Assembly: GCA_964016885.1 (NCBI GenBank)
Contig: OZ024741.1
Span: 154,256,001-154,320,000 of the forward strand
DNA: 64,000 nucleotides
DNA from: Eledone cirrhosa
Taxonomy: Eukaryota
Reading direction: 5' to 3'
The notes below the pieces were generated by a model. That model was not told where the DNA came from and did not search any database. It saw only the letters and a list, made by a program, of their open reading frames with translations. Each line of letters opens with the position of its first letter. Positions within the stretch are counted from its first letter, which is position 1. Positions 12,818-26,454 of this stretch are shown here, piece after piece. A program made the position numbers and the translations under genes.

Positions 12818-15149
12818 CTTCCTACAATGAAAAATGAAATGAAAAATGAAATATATAACTCACCCCTATGTAAATTTAACTGACCTCCTATAAAGTTGTA
12901 TTACACAAGAGGTTTCTCTAGTGTTTTAATTATAAGGGACCCAGTTATATCATGTTGTTGTTACAGATAACATCTACCAAGGTTTAGCTCCTATGAGGTT
13001 GTAATGTATAGGGGTTCTTGGGCTTTTTAAGGACAGAGCCTCCTATCATGAAATGCACTGCTAGTCCAAGAATTGAACACATGACCTTGTGATCATAAGT
13101 CCAACACTAACCACTAGGCCATGTGACTTCACATCTTTCTACACTAGAAATCAACTGATTTAACATTTAAACTACCCTATATACTTAAATATAAGTCGTC
13201 ATTTGTATAGGGGTTCATAGAGTAGAAGAGAGATAGGGAGATGGCAAGTGACAGGAGGGCAAGAGCGAGAGAAATAAAACACAAGTCAGAAGTAAAACTT
13301 CAATCGTACATAAGATTGAAAGAAAAAGTAGTATTAAGTCAGAGAAAAATAGTCAGTGCGTGTGTGTATGTATGTATTTGTGGGGGTACTTATGTATTAA
13401 AAAGTTCAAATTATAAAAATTTGAAATATTTTCAAGGGAACACATAAATAACCCTAATGATGATGTAGTAAAAAAAAAACAAAAAAAAACTGTTTCAGTG
13501 TAAAATAATCACTCCAGATATTTTAACACCTTATTTATGTAGAATTTGAAGTTGGTGAAAATCGGCAAAATACTGGAACCCCCCCCCCCCCCCCCTCTCC
13601 ATTTTACTATCGATTTTTTGGTCACATATTCCTTGGCTAATATTCAAGTATATATAGTAAATTACATTACTATAATAAATATGTAATACTGATTACCATA
13701 TTTTCTTGTGTATAATACAAGAAATTTTGAACTAAAATTAAAGACAAAAAATAGACCGGGCCTGTATGTATTTTAAAATATTTTTACTGAGTTTAAAAAT
13801 ACTAATTTCAAATATCTGTTGATAACAACTGTTTACAAATGATATTTGATATATTGTCAATATTTATTACTTTGGAATCAGCATAATTGAACATTGTATG
13901 TCTCAAAGGCAGGAAATTGATAAAATATATTAGTAAAGGCACTACACAAAATTTGTCATGATTGGTAACACGAGAAACTCAATACTGCATTGAAATATGT
14001 GTGTGAGACAGATTTTGATAGATAACATGGTACAAGTTTAGAAAAAATTTTAGATAGGTATAGCTGCACTCTAGGGACATATTATACACAAGGATGTAAT
14101 TTGTTGCTGTTTTTGTACCTTCAGAAACAGTGGTCGTGTTATACTGAAGCCATTTTATACATGAAGAACAACTGATTTGATTTGATTTTTTAAAATAAGG
14201 CATACCCTAGCATAAGGATTGAAACCAGTAAAAACAAAAAACAAAAAATCTAGAAAGACAATAAATTTGTCTTTTTAGATTTATTTCTGGTCAGCAAACC
14301 GGTAATGTTGTCAGTGAGTCAAATTAAATGCCTTGTGTTATTTGTTCTGGCTCTCAGTGTCATGAGTTCAAATCCTGCCTACTGTCACGATAAAATCAGT
14401 TGTTTCTTCTACCAAGAGTTGCAACTGGTAGATAGTATCAACAATGGAAAGATCATTTTAATTAATCAATGAAGTTTTTTGAGGGATTTACTAGAATTAT
14501 AATTTCATGACTAAAATAATAACTTAATATATGGCCCTTACATAATATTAAGTTAGATTTTAATTTAATAGGAACCCTTTAAAATGGGTGGTTTTATTTC
14601 TTAGAAGTAGAGGTAGTTTAGGCAAGATTAGAATCAAAAGGATTAAAATGTTAATAGAGACTCTATCCAGTTGAGTTCTCTTTTCAATTGATAGTTTCTC
14701 CACATTCCAGTAACTGGGAGATTTCATTTCTTTTTTTCTTCCTTTTGTTTCTTGTTAAAAATGTAGAATTTAAACACGCTCTATGAATACATGAGAGCGT
14801 ATAATTGTTACTCACAGTATTTAAGTGCAACAACAATATCAGCAAACACCACCACCAACAAAAACTACAACACTACCAACAACTATAATAATACCAACAC
14901 TAACAAAAAAACAAACAATACCAACACCAGTAACAATGACTATAAACAGTACTACATCAGCAGCGATATCACACCACATGTTACTTATCTATAAACCAGC
15001 CTTGAAATAAAATGCCCCCCCCCCCCCCCACACACACACGATTCCTAATTGTTGCCAATCATGAAATAACATTAACAAGTGCTTAAATAAACATGTTTTT
15101 CTCTAATTATAAAAATCAAAATGTATAAAACAACACACCATCTATTATC

Positions 15150-18100
15150 ACTTATACCGGAGAGTTGGAGCTCTCATTCAGACCTTCCTCTCACCCATGC
15201 CAGAGAGTTGGAGCTCTCATTCAGACCTTCCTCTCACCCATGCCAGAGAGTTGGAGCTCTCATTCAGACCTTCCTCTCACCCATGCCAGAGAGTTGGAGC
15301 TCTCATTCAGACCTTCCTCTCACCCATGCCAGAGAGTTGGAGCTCTCATTCAGACCTTCCTCTCACCCATGCCAGAGAGTTGGAGCTCTCATTCAGACCT
15401 TCCTCTCACCCATGCCAGAGAGTTGGAGCTCTCATTCAGACCTTCCTCTCACCCATGCCAGAGAGTTGGAGCTCTCATTCAGACCTTCCTCTCACCCATG
15501 CCAGAGAGTTGGAGCTCTCATTCAGACCTTCCTCTCACCCATGCCAGAGAGTTGGAGCTCTCATTCAGACCTTCCTCTCACCCATGCCAGAGAGTTGGAG
15601 CTCTCATTCAGACCTTCCTCTCACCCATGCCAGAGAATTGGTGCTCTCATTCAGACCTTCCTCTCACCCATGCCAGAGAATTGGTGCACTCATTCAGACC
15701 TTCCTCTCACCCATGCCAGAGAGTTGGAGCTCTCATTCAGACCTTCCTCTCACCCATGCCAGAGAATTGGAGCACTCATTCAGACCTTCCTCTCACCCAT
15801 GCCAGAGAGTTGGAGCTCTCATTCAGACCTTCCTCTCACCCATGCCAGAGAGTTGGAGCTCTCATTCAGACCTTCCTCTCACCCATGCCAGAGAGTTGGA
15901 GCTCTCATTCAGACCTTCCTCTCACCCATGCCAGAGAGTTGGAGCTCTCATTCAGACCTTCCTCTCACCCGTGCCAGAGAATTTGAGCTCTCATTCAGAC
16001 CTTCCTCTCACCCATGCCAGAGAATTGGTGCACCCATTCAGACCTTCCTCTCACCCGTGCCAGAGAATTGGAGCTCTCATTCAGACCTTCCTCTCACCCA
16101 TGCCAGAGAATTGGTGCACTCATTCAGACCTTCCTCTCACCCATGCCAGAGAGTTGGAGCTCTCATTCAGACCTTCCTCTCACCCATGCCAGAGAGTTGG
16201 TCCACTCATTCAGACCTTCCTCTCACCCATGCCAGAGAGTTGGAGCTCTCATTCAGACCTTCCTCTCACCCATGTCAGAGAGTTGGAGCTCTCATTCAGA
16301 CCTTCCTCTCACCCATGCCAGAGAGTTGGTCCACTCATTCAGACCTTCCTCTCACCCATGCCAGAGAGTTGGAGCTCTCATTCAGACCTTCCTCTCACCC
16401 ATGCCAGAGAGTTGGAGCTCTCATTCAGACCTTCCTCTCACCCATGCCAGAGAGTTGGTCCACTCATTCAGACCTTCCTCTCACCCATGCCAGAGAGTTG
16501 GAGCTCTCATTCAGACCTTCCTCTCACCCATGCCAGAGAGTTGGAGCTCTCATTCAGACCTTCCTCTCACCCATGCCAGAGAGTTGGAGCTCTCATTCAG
16601 ACCTTCCTCTCACCCATGCCAGAGAGTTGGAGCTCTCATTCAGACCTTCCTCTCACCCATGCCAGAGAGTTGGAGCTCTCATTCAGACCTTCCTCTCACC
16701 CATGCCAGAGAGTTGGAGCTCTCATTCAGACCTTCCTCTCACCCATGCCAGAGAGTTGGAGCTCTCATTCAGACCTTCCTCTCACCCATGCCAGAAAGTT
16801 GGAGCTCTCATTCAGACCTTCCTCTCACCCATGCCAGAAAGTTGGAGCTCTCATTCAGACCTTCCTCTCACCCATGCCAGAAAGTTGGAGCTCTCATTCA
16901 GACCTTCCTCTCACCCATGCCAGAAAGATGGAGCTCTCATTCAGACCTTCCTCTCACCCATGCCAGAAAGATGGAGCTCTCATTCAGACCTTCCTCTCAC
17001 CCATGCCAGAAAGTTGGAGCTCTCATTCAGACCTTCCTCTCACCCATGCCAGAAAGATGGAGCTCTCATTCAGACCTTCCTCTCACCCATGCCAGAAAGT
17101 TGGAGCTCTCATTCAGACCTTCCTCTCACCCATGCCAGAAAGTTGGAGCTCTCATTCAGACCTTCCTCTCACCCATGCCAGAAAGTTGGAGCTCTCATTC
17201 AGACCTTCCTCTCACCCATGCCAGAAAGTTGGAGCTCTCATTCAGACCTTCCTCTCACCCATGCCAGAAAGTTGGAGCTCTCATTCAGACCTTCCTCTCA
17301 CCCATGCCAGAAAGTTGGAGCTCTCATTCAGACCTTCCTCTCACCCATGCCAGAAAGTTGGAGCTCTCATTCAGACCTTCCTCTCACCCATGCCAGAAAG
17401 ACGGAGCTCTCATTCAGACCTTCCTCTCACCCATGCCAGAAAGATGGAGCTCTCATTCAGACCTTCCTCTCACCCATGCCAGAGAGTTGGAGCTCTCATT
17501 CAGACCTTCCTCTCACCCATGCCAGAGAGTTGGAGCTCTCATTCAGACCTTCCTCTCACCCATGCCAGAGAGTTGGAGCTCTCATTCAGACCTTCCTCTC
17601 ACCCATGCCAGAGAGTTGGAGCTCTCATTCAGACCTTCCTCTCACCCATGCCAGAGAGTTGGAGCTCTCATTCAGACCTTCCTCTCACCCATGCCAGAGA
17701 GTTGGAGCTCTCATTCAGACCTTCCTCTCACCCATGCCAGAGAGTTGGAGCTCTCATTCAGACCTTCCTCTCACCCATGCCAGAGAGTTGGAGCTCTCAT
17801 TCAGACCTTCCTCTCACCCATGCCAGAGAGTTGGAGCTCTCATTCAGACCTTCCTCTCACCCATGCCAGAGAGTTGGAGCTCTCATTCAGACCTTCCTCT
17901 CACCCATGCCAGAGAGTTGGAGCTCTCATTCAGACCTTCCTCTCACCCATGCCAGAGAGTTGGAGCTCTCATTCAGACCTTCCTCTCACCCATGCCAGAG
18001 AGTTGGAGCTCTCATTCAGACCTTCCTCTCACCCATGCCAGAGAGTTGGAGCTCTCATTCAGACCTTCCTCTCACCCATGCCAGAGAGTTGGAGCTCTCA

Positions 18101-19477
18101 TTCAGACCTTCCTCTCACCCATGCCAGAGAGTTGGAGCTCTCATTCAGACCTTCCTCTCACCCATGCCAGAGAGTTGGAGCTCTCATTCAGACCTTCCTC
18201 TCACCCATGCCAGAGAGTTGGAGCTCTCATTCAGACCTTCCTCTCACCCATGCCAGAGAGTTGGAACTCTCATTCAGACCTTCCTGTCACCCATGCCAGA
18301 GAGTTGGAGCTCTCATTCAGACCTTCCTCTCACCCATGCCAGAGAGTTGGAGCTCTCATTCAGACCTTCCTCTCACCCATGCCAGAAAGTTGGAGCTCTC
18401 ATTCAGACCTTCCTCTCACCCATGCCAGAAAGTTGGAGCTCTCATTCATACCTTCCTCTCACCCATGCCAGAAAGTTGGAGCTCTCATTCATACCTTCCT
18501 CTCACTCATACCAGAGAGTTGGAGCTCTCATTCAGACCTTCCTCTCACCCATGCCAGAAAGTTGGAGCTCTCATTCAGACCTTCCTCTCACTCATGCCAG
18601 AGAGTTGGAGCTCTCATTCATACCTTCCTCTCACCCATGCCAGAAAGTTGGAGCTCTCATTCATACCTTCCTCTCACTCATACCAGAGAGTTGGAGCTCT
18701 CATTCAGACCTTCCTCTCACCCATGCCAGAAAGTTGGAGCTCTCATTCATACCTTCCTCTCACTCATACCAGAGAGTTGGAGCTCTCATTCATACCTTCC
18801 TCTCACTCATACCAGAGAGTTGGAGCTCTCATTCAGACCTTCCTCTCACCCATGCCAGAAAGTTGGAGCTCTCATTCAGACCTTCCTCTCACCCATGCCA
18901 GAGAGTTGGAGCTCTCATTCAGACCTTCCTCTCACCCATGCCAGAAAGTTGGAGCTCTCATTCAGACCTTCCTCTCACCCATGCCAGAAAGTTGGAGCTC
19001 TCATTCAGACCTTCCTCTCACCCATGCCAGAAAGTTGGAGCTCTCATTCAGACCTTCCTCTCACCCATGCCAGAAAGTTGGAGCTCTCATTCAGACCTTC
19101 CTCTCACCCATGCCAGAAAGTTGGAGCTCTCATTCAGACCTTCCTCTCACCCATGCCAGAAAGTTGAAGCTCTCATTCAGACCTTCCTCTCACCCATGCC
19201 AGAAAGTTGGAGCTCTCATTCAGACCTTCCTCTCACTCATACCAGAGAGTTGGAGCTCTTATTCAGACCTTCCTATCACCCATGCCAGAAAGTTAGAATT
19301 CTCATTCAGACCTTCCTCTCACTCATACCAGAGAGTTGGAGCTCTTATTCAGACCTTCCTATCACCCATGCCAGAAAGTTAGAATTCTCATTCAGACCTT
19401 CCTCTCACTCATACCAGAGAGTTGGAGCTCTTATTCAGACCTTCCTATCACTCATACCAGTGAGTTGAAGCTCTCAC
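15150..19477. repeat. 43-bp minisatellite, about 100 copies
   Basis: Unit CCAGAGAGTTGGAGCTCTCATTCAGACCTTCCTCTCACCCATG; highly homogeneous, with variant blocks and degenerate ends. Confidence 0.98.
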
Positions 19478-20234
19478 AATACCCACCACTCTCCATGGAA
19501 TTGACTTCCATCAGTTTTGACAATGATTAGTTCCAGTTGTTTAATCAATGGTACAGCCTGCTCATGAAATTAATGTGCAGGTGGTTGAATATTCCAGAGA
19601 CACATGTACCCTTAACGTAATTCTTAGGAAGATTCAGTGTAACACAATGTGTGAATGACAAGGCTGGTACTTTGAATTACAAGTACCATACAGTACAGTC
19701 CAACAGGATTCCAAACAGCTTCTGTTTATCCAATTTCACTTATATGGCTTGGGTCAATCTGAAGCTATGGAAAATAACTTTCTGAACATGCCATGCAGTG
19801 GGATCGAATCTGGAACCTGATGATTGCAAAGTAAACTTCTTAACCATCTGGCTATGCTGCATCTATTCACCACACTAGCAATTTGAAGACCTCATTAAGA
19901 CCCACCGCACACATATTACAGCCAAACTTAACTTAACGTCTGACTGACTCCTATAACAACCACTCATACAACTGTAAATATTTTATGCACGCATATTTAT
20001 GTTATGTACTTTTTAAATTTCTTTTGTGTAATTTTTTATACATATTTTTATCTGCTTTTCAACCAGTAAATACTTGTCTTTTTTTTCAGAATAAATCTTT
20101 TTAATGTTTGTCAGAATTTTGCAAAATAAAATAAATTTACACATACTGAAATAGTGTTTCCTTTAAGCATTTCTTTATTGAGATAATTCATTTAATATCA
20201 AATTGATACTTTGTAACTTTATCCAGATCATTTA

Positions 20235-21102
20235 TCTATATATATAAAACTGAGGATGTCTGTCTGTGTGTGTGTGAGTTTGAATCCCTAAAACTCGAGA
20301 ACCACCCAACCGACTGTTTTCAAAACTTTACACATGTAATTCTTATGTTTCGGGGAGTGTTCTGAGCAAAAAATATTTCAAATTTTTAATGCCCTAGGGA
20401 CCACATTAGGCGATTTAGTGATCTCTCTCTATAATTCTTAGTCTTTCTCTTTTTAGATAGATACATACATATAACGTCGCGCCCTTATAATATCTGTCTG
20501 TATGTCTGGCTGTCTGCATTACCTCACTTCCCTGAAGATGTCTGTCTCTGTATATGTCTGTGAGTTCCAATCCCTAAATCTCGAGAAGTACCCAAACTTT
20601 ACATGTGTATTACTTATGTTTCAGGGAGTATTATGCACATAAAAAAATTCTTGATCTCCTAGGGTCCGCATTAGGTGAAAAACTGCGTTTTTTAAGCTTT
20701 TTAGGGTTTTTTTGAGGCGTTACGTCAGACCGATTTCCTTGAAATTCTAACTATGTATTAGTCAGTCTCTTCTTCATACCGTGAGCAAAGAAAATCCAAC
20801 TTTTTTATGGCTTCATTTTTTCAGCTTTTTAAGGCTTTTTGGAGGTGTTACGTCTAGCCGATTTTCCCGAAATTTCAAGGCATATTATGCACATAAAAAA
20901 ATTAATTTTCTTGATCCCCTAGGTGAATACCTGCACTTTTCCTGCTTCATCGAGGAAAATCTTAAAGATTATCCAGCCATCAGAGTATTCGGTTTATTTT
21001 CTTTACATATTATCCAGGCATGCAGTTTTTCCATGATTAGGTCTGTTGGCGGCCTGCCTTCCAAAATACCTTATCCCATGCAACGCCAGGTACCACTGCT
21101 AG
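20235..21102 (+). mobile_element. Non-autonomous Helitron
   Basis: A|TCTATATATATAAAA 5' end; 3' CCCATGCAACGCCAGG hairpin-like motif then CTAG|T; internal duplicated segments. Confidence 0.8.
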
Positions 21103-24100
21103 TTTCATTTAAAACTGACACTTCCATGGACTATCACTCATTATGGGACATTAATAAAATAACTAGATATTTTATGTTTAGGAAAGGAACCTATTCATTA
21201 AGTGAGATGTTCATTAACTGACCAATTCATTTTATGACCAGACCAGGTAGCTGTATATGTAAATTACAACTGATATGTTTCAGTCTGGCTCTAATTTTTA
21301 CAAAGCTAGAAAATAATCAGTTATAGGCAAGAGCAAATCATTTACAAAATACAAAAAAATATATCCACGCCCTCATGAGTGTTCACATATGGGAAATTAT
21401 ACACAAACCACAAACTTAAACACACATGCATACATGTGTATATGTGTGTGTGTATATATATATATACATCCCCAGTTTATGAAAGCTGGACGCACTCAAC
21501 ATCTGATCTTCCACAATGCTGTTGCCATGACAAAAAGCACAAAGTCCACCTTGTATGCTGATCCAGCCCAACAATAACAAAATCACCCCAGTCCATCCTG
21601 TAAGGTGATCATGATGGTGACATGAGAAAAAGCACCCAGTCCACTCTGTATGGTGGTTGCGCTGATTACATGACAAAAAGTGCTCAGCCCACACTGTAAA
21701 GTCGTCATGTTGGTGACACAACAAAAAGTGACCAGATCATCCTGTAAGATGGTCATTTCGATGCTACAATAAAAAGCAACCAGTCCCACACTGTAACGTG
21801 GTTGTGGTTAGGAAGAGCTTCCTGCTGTAGAAACCAAGCCAAAATACAGATCCATATGAGCAAGACGTGGTCTTCAGACCTGACTTACCTCATAATGTGA
21901 CAACCCATCTAACCCATTCAAGCATGGAAAATGGATGTTAAATGATGATGATGATGATGATAATATATACACATGCGTGTATGTATATATGCATGTGTAT
22001 ATATGCGTGTGTGTATGTTTTCCCACACTAGTGTGGTAAATGGACATAAAATGGTGATGATAATGATTATTACATATCATCATCGCCATTTTATGTCCAT
22101 TCTTCCATGCTAGCATGGGCCAGACGAGTTGTCCTGTTGTAGGTAATGCCAAGTCAGGTGACCATGTCTTGCTTATATATAATACACACGTAAAGTTACA
22201 TGTTGTTTAGGGGTTAGGATGTTCAGCTAATGATTGAAAGATTATAAATGTAATACCTTGTGGTGCATTGTTATTGGTGTTACAGTTCACACCTATACAG
22301 GTTCAGCTGGCCTCATACACAGTTACATCTCTTAGGTTTCTCAGGAAATTTAATGATAGGGGCCCCAGTCCTATCATTAAAAGCAGCATGAAATGAAACA
22401 TTTTGCTCAAGAACACAATGCACTGCTTGATCCGAGAAGTGAACCTATGATCTTATGAGTATGATTCCAACACTAACCACTAGGCCATTTGAATGGACTA
22501 TTAGTAAATACATAAATAAAATAATTGTTTCTACTTTAGGCACAAGGCCAGCAATTACCCAGTACATTACTGGTACTTTATTTTATCGACCCCGTAAGGA
22601 TGAAAGGCAAAGTTAACCACGGCGGGATTTGAACTCAAATAAAATAATAATAAGAGAAGAGAAATAAAACTTTTGCTTAATTCAGTTTTTTCAATTGAGT
22701 CTTTTCTAGTTGTTATATATCCTGTTTCCATTTGTTGAGTTGAATAGAAAATGAATATTTGAATAAATCCCGATTGTTTTGAAATTTATAACAGAAATTT
22801 CCAGGATTTCACACAAGTAGTTCTCGATAAAATCTCATTAAAATGAGAATTTTTATAACATACTTTTTTTGTTTTGCATTCTTCTCTTAACTTTAGACAT
22901 CCTGTAATGATTTAGTAGAAAATATATAAATACTGGTTAATTCAAATGTTTATCGTATCTTTACTAGTGAGTAGATAATGAAAATTTGCAATATTAAAGT
23001 AAACACTTTGATTTTTAATGTGATGCAAACCCAGTGCTGTTTTGTACTTTTCAAGAATGTTCTGCTAATGTGGTTCCATGTGGTACAGGATGTTAAGGGT
23101 TTAAGTGTGGCACTTGATGGACACACATAGTAGTGGTTGTTTTAACACTATGAACTGTGATACCACAGGGAAGTAGTTCAGATAGTTTCATGTATGGCTT
23201 CCCTGTGCTGCTTCATTGTCCTGTTGCACCAACGTATATGGGGATTCAATCTACTAAATATATGTCAGTACACTCTGTAAAGTGCTGGTGCCATAATAAA
23301 ATACACCTAATACACTCTGTAAAGTGGTGGTGCTAGTGCCATGATAAAATGCACCCAGTACACTCAGTAAAGTGATGGTGCTGGTACTATAATAAAATGC
23401 ATTCTGTAAAGTGGTTAAAATTAAGAAGAGTATCCAGCCATAGAAACTATGCTAAAATATGGAACATATAAGCAAGACATAGTTCACCAACATGTGTTCT
23501 TGGACAGCAACAACCTGTCCAACTTATGCCTATATGGAAAGCAGACGTAAAACGATAATGATGATAAAAAGATTTCAGGTCTAACTTATTAATGAGACAG
23601 TTATATTAATAAATCCTTCTAAATTCTGGAATATTTTCAAAATTATTTAAAAATCATTAGTGTCTAATTAGAAATATGGCAATAAAATGGTTAAATAATA
23701 CTCAATCTCAAATAGGACTTTTACCATTTAAGCTAGATATGTTGAGAATATTTAACACACCAATAAACCATTGCCATCAGCATATCATCTTAATATTTCC
23801 ATGATGTACACCATGTTACAATATGGTGAACCCATAGCAGCTAAATATAGGATTGAACTTATTACATTCTTGTGTGGCAGGGAACTATTGGCTAAAGCAT
23901 AGAATTATTTGCAGAAATATCCCCTTCAGTGTATCTTCTGATATTTGGCAAATAAGTATCTGGTATCAAGTTACTGTAGTTGTTACAAGTGGAAGATAAA
24001 CCAAATTAAAAATACAATAGGTGCAGACATGACTAAATGTTTAAGGAGACTGCTTTGCAGCCATGTAATTTTGCATTCATTCCCACTGTGTGGTACCTTG

Positions 24101-24425
24101 GACAAGTGTTTTCTACTATAGCCTCTTTTGGTTGATCAATGACTTAAAGGTAAAATTTAATTGGTAGAAACTGTGCAGAAGCCACACACACACACACATG
24201 TGTGTGTGTATGTATTACTGTTTATGTTTTATAACTTAATGATTCAACAGAAAGAGATCAATAAAATAATCAAATATATACCTAACTCGAAAAAAAAAGT
24301 ACTGAAATTGATATTATTGAATAAATCCCTTTAAGGTTGTGCCCCAACATGGCCATAGTCTAATGACTGAAACCAGTAAAGGAGTATCCATTTAACAAAT
24401 AAGTTATGTATTCTTTTGTAGTACT

Positions 24426-25500
24426 TTAACCTTTTCATTATCACATTTCTAATGAAAGACAGACTATGATTTTCAAATAGTTTTTGAAAATAATGAAAAA
24501 TTTGGAAGGATTTAGTAATATAACTATTTCTTTATAAAGCTGGTGTTTGTAACAACAAAAGCTCTCAAGTAAAATTATGATGGGAGGTTTTCAGATAAAT
24601 ATAAACACTTTAAACCCTTTTGTTACTATATTTCTAATGAAAGATGCTGTTTATGATTTTGAAAATAATCATAAATTTGGTTAGATTTAGTAATGTAAGT
24701 GACTTTTTCATTAAGCTGGTGTCTGTAACATAACAGTGCTACATGTAATTATGATGAGAGGGTTTTAGATAAATATAATTTAGATAAATATAAACACTTT
24801 AACCCTTTCATTACCGTATTTCTAATGAAAAACATTGCTTCTGATACTCTAATCTTTAAATAAACAAAAATGTTCTCCAAATTGCTGGCCTTGTACCAAT
24901 GTTAAAAAGAATTATTAAGCTGGTGTTTGGAAAATATGTTAAGAAAGGTTCTCATAAAATTATAATAGAAGATTTTTAGATAAATATAAACATTTTAACT
25001 CTTTTGTTACCAGATTTCTTCTGAAAGACATTACCTATAATTTTCATATCATTTTGAAAATAATCAAGAATTTGGAAGTACAGTGGAATCTCAGTTCATA
25101 AACCCAAACTATTTTTTCCATATGAAATGTTGAGAGAGAAATACAGTGAGACCGTGTATGAAAGACAGATAGATATCACCATAGTAACTAACTACACAGC
25201 AAATGACAATTTCCTGTGATACTCCTAGCTTGTCGCCAACTATTGTTGCTGGTTTGTGTGTTCATTACTGAAGATACAGTTCATTAACCAAGACATCTTA
25301 TGTTCGGAAAAATTGTTTGTGGACTGATTTGTTCGTGAGAGGCATTCATGAACCAAGGTTCCACTGTATTTAGTAAGATAACTAACTTCTTCATTATTAA
25401 GCTGGTGTTTAGAACTTAAAGGTTCTTACATAAGATTATAACGGAAGGTTTTTAGATATGTATGAACATTTAAAAAGAGTTTTAAATCGTAGAACCAAGA
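24426..25500. repeat. Tandem array of four ~190-bp piggyBac-like MITE units
   Basis: Units start (T)AACCCTTT...ATTTCTAATGAAA at about 24426, 24611, 24800 and 24995. Confidence 0.65.
25081..25366. mobile_element. Tc1/pogo (Tigger-like) MITE nested in a piggyBac-like unit
   Basis: TA|CAGTGGAATCTCAGTTCAT...ATGAACCAAGGTTCCACTG|TA. Confidence 0.8.
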
Positions 25501-25722
25501 TTCAGGCAGTTTTGTATCATAGAACTAGAGGTTAGGGCCAGTTTTAGGCTGTTTTGTATCATAGAACCAGAGGTCAAGGCCAGTTTCAGGCTGTCTTGTA
25601 TCATAAATCCAGAGGTCAGGGTTAGTTTTAGGCTGTTTTACAACATAGAACCAGAGGTCAAGGCCAGTTTTAGGCTGTTTTTGCATCATAGAATCAAGGC
25701 TCAGGAGTAGTTTCAGGCTGTT
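25488..25722. repeat. 42-bp tandem repeat (about 5.5 copies)
   Basis: CATAGAACCAGAGGTCAAGGCCAGTTTTAGGCTGTTTTGTAT-like units at 25518, 25560, 25602, about 25644 and 25687. Confidence 0.8.
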
Positions 25723-26406
25723 ACGTCTAAAAACTGTTAATCCAATGCTCTACCAACTCTAACAATTCCCTGCCTAAAAGACTCTTTCATTAGAAATATG
25801 GTCAGGAAAAGGTTAAATATCCAGGAAATGTTCAATGACATTTCAACACTGAATGGGAGAAAGAAATGATGGAAGTGGAGGATAAAAGGAAATAATCACT
25901 AATTGGTTGTGAATTTGATTCCTCTAGTTCCAAAGTTGGCTACTTAAAAAAACAGGAGAACTACTTGCTCTTTATTAGAGTTTCAGCTAAAACTTATAGA
26001 GCAGAGCAACAACACATTACAACAGTTACACATTACAATAGCTACACATTATTACAGATACACATTATAACAGATACACATTATGTAGCTGAACAACAAT
26101 AGTTTAGTGCTAATTAGGTTTCTATTTCACGATTAAGCTAGTTACCCTATTTTTCTGCTGGCCCATAAAATTAACATGCAAGAGACTGAGAATTCCATAG
26201 ATATGTGTACCTATAACAAAATTTTCAACAAGACTCGTATACCTGATGTTGCTTGATTCTATCAAAGTTAATGGCACTCCCGACATGCAAACTTTCCTGC
26301 ACTCCCTTTTGTTGTTGACATAACACCACCATGTGACCTGAACTAAGCAATAGGGGCTTTAACAGCATAATCCTAAACTCCATCTTGTTTTTCACTTATT
26401 CTCCAA

Positions 26407-26454
26407 TGCATCTGATGACAGACAAGTTTATGTCTTGAAACTGCTGGTAATGCA
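26407..26454 (+). ncRNA. Minimal type I hammerhead ribozyme-like motif
   Basis: UGCAU-CUGAUGA-c AGACA aguuua UGUCU u-GAAA-C ugcug G-UA-AUGCA: stems I and II, the full core and a GUA cleavage triplet. C-U mismatch at the base of stem II. Confidence 0.65.

Noticed and set aside
14791-15010. Asn/Thr-rich ORFs
   Set aside because: Degenerate (AAC/AAT)n low-complexity sequence.
15121-19468. ORFs of 1100-1400 aa (MPESWSSHSDL... repeats)
   Set aside because: They are open in all three + frames with the same peptide, because a stop-free 43-bp unit cycles through the frames. There is no independent coding evidence.
15150-19477. CRISPR-like or hammerhead array
   Set aside because: There are no unique spacers or cas genes. 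The minus-strand CTGAATGA is not CUGANGA and has no GAAA partner.
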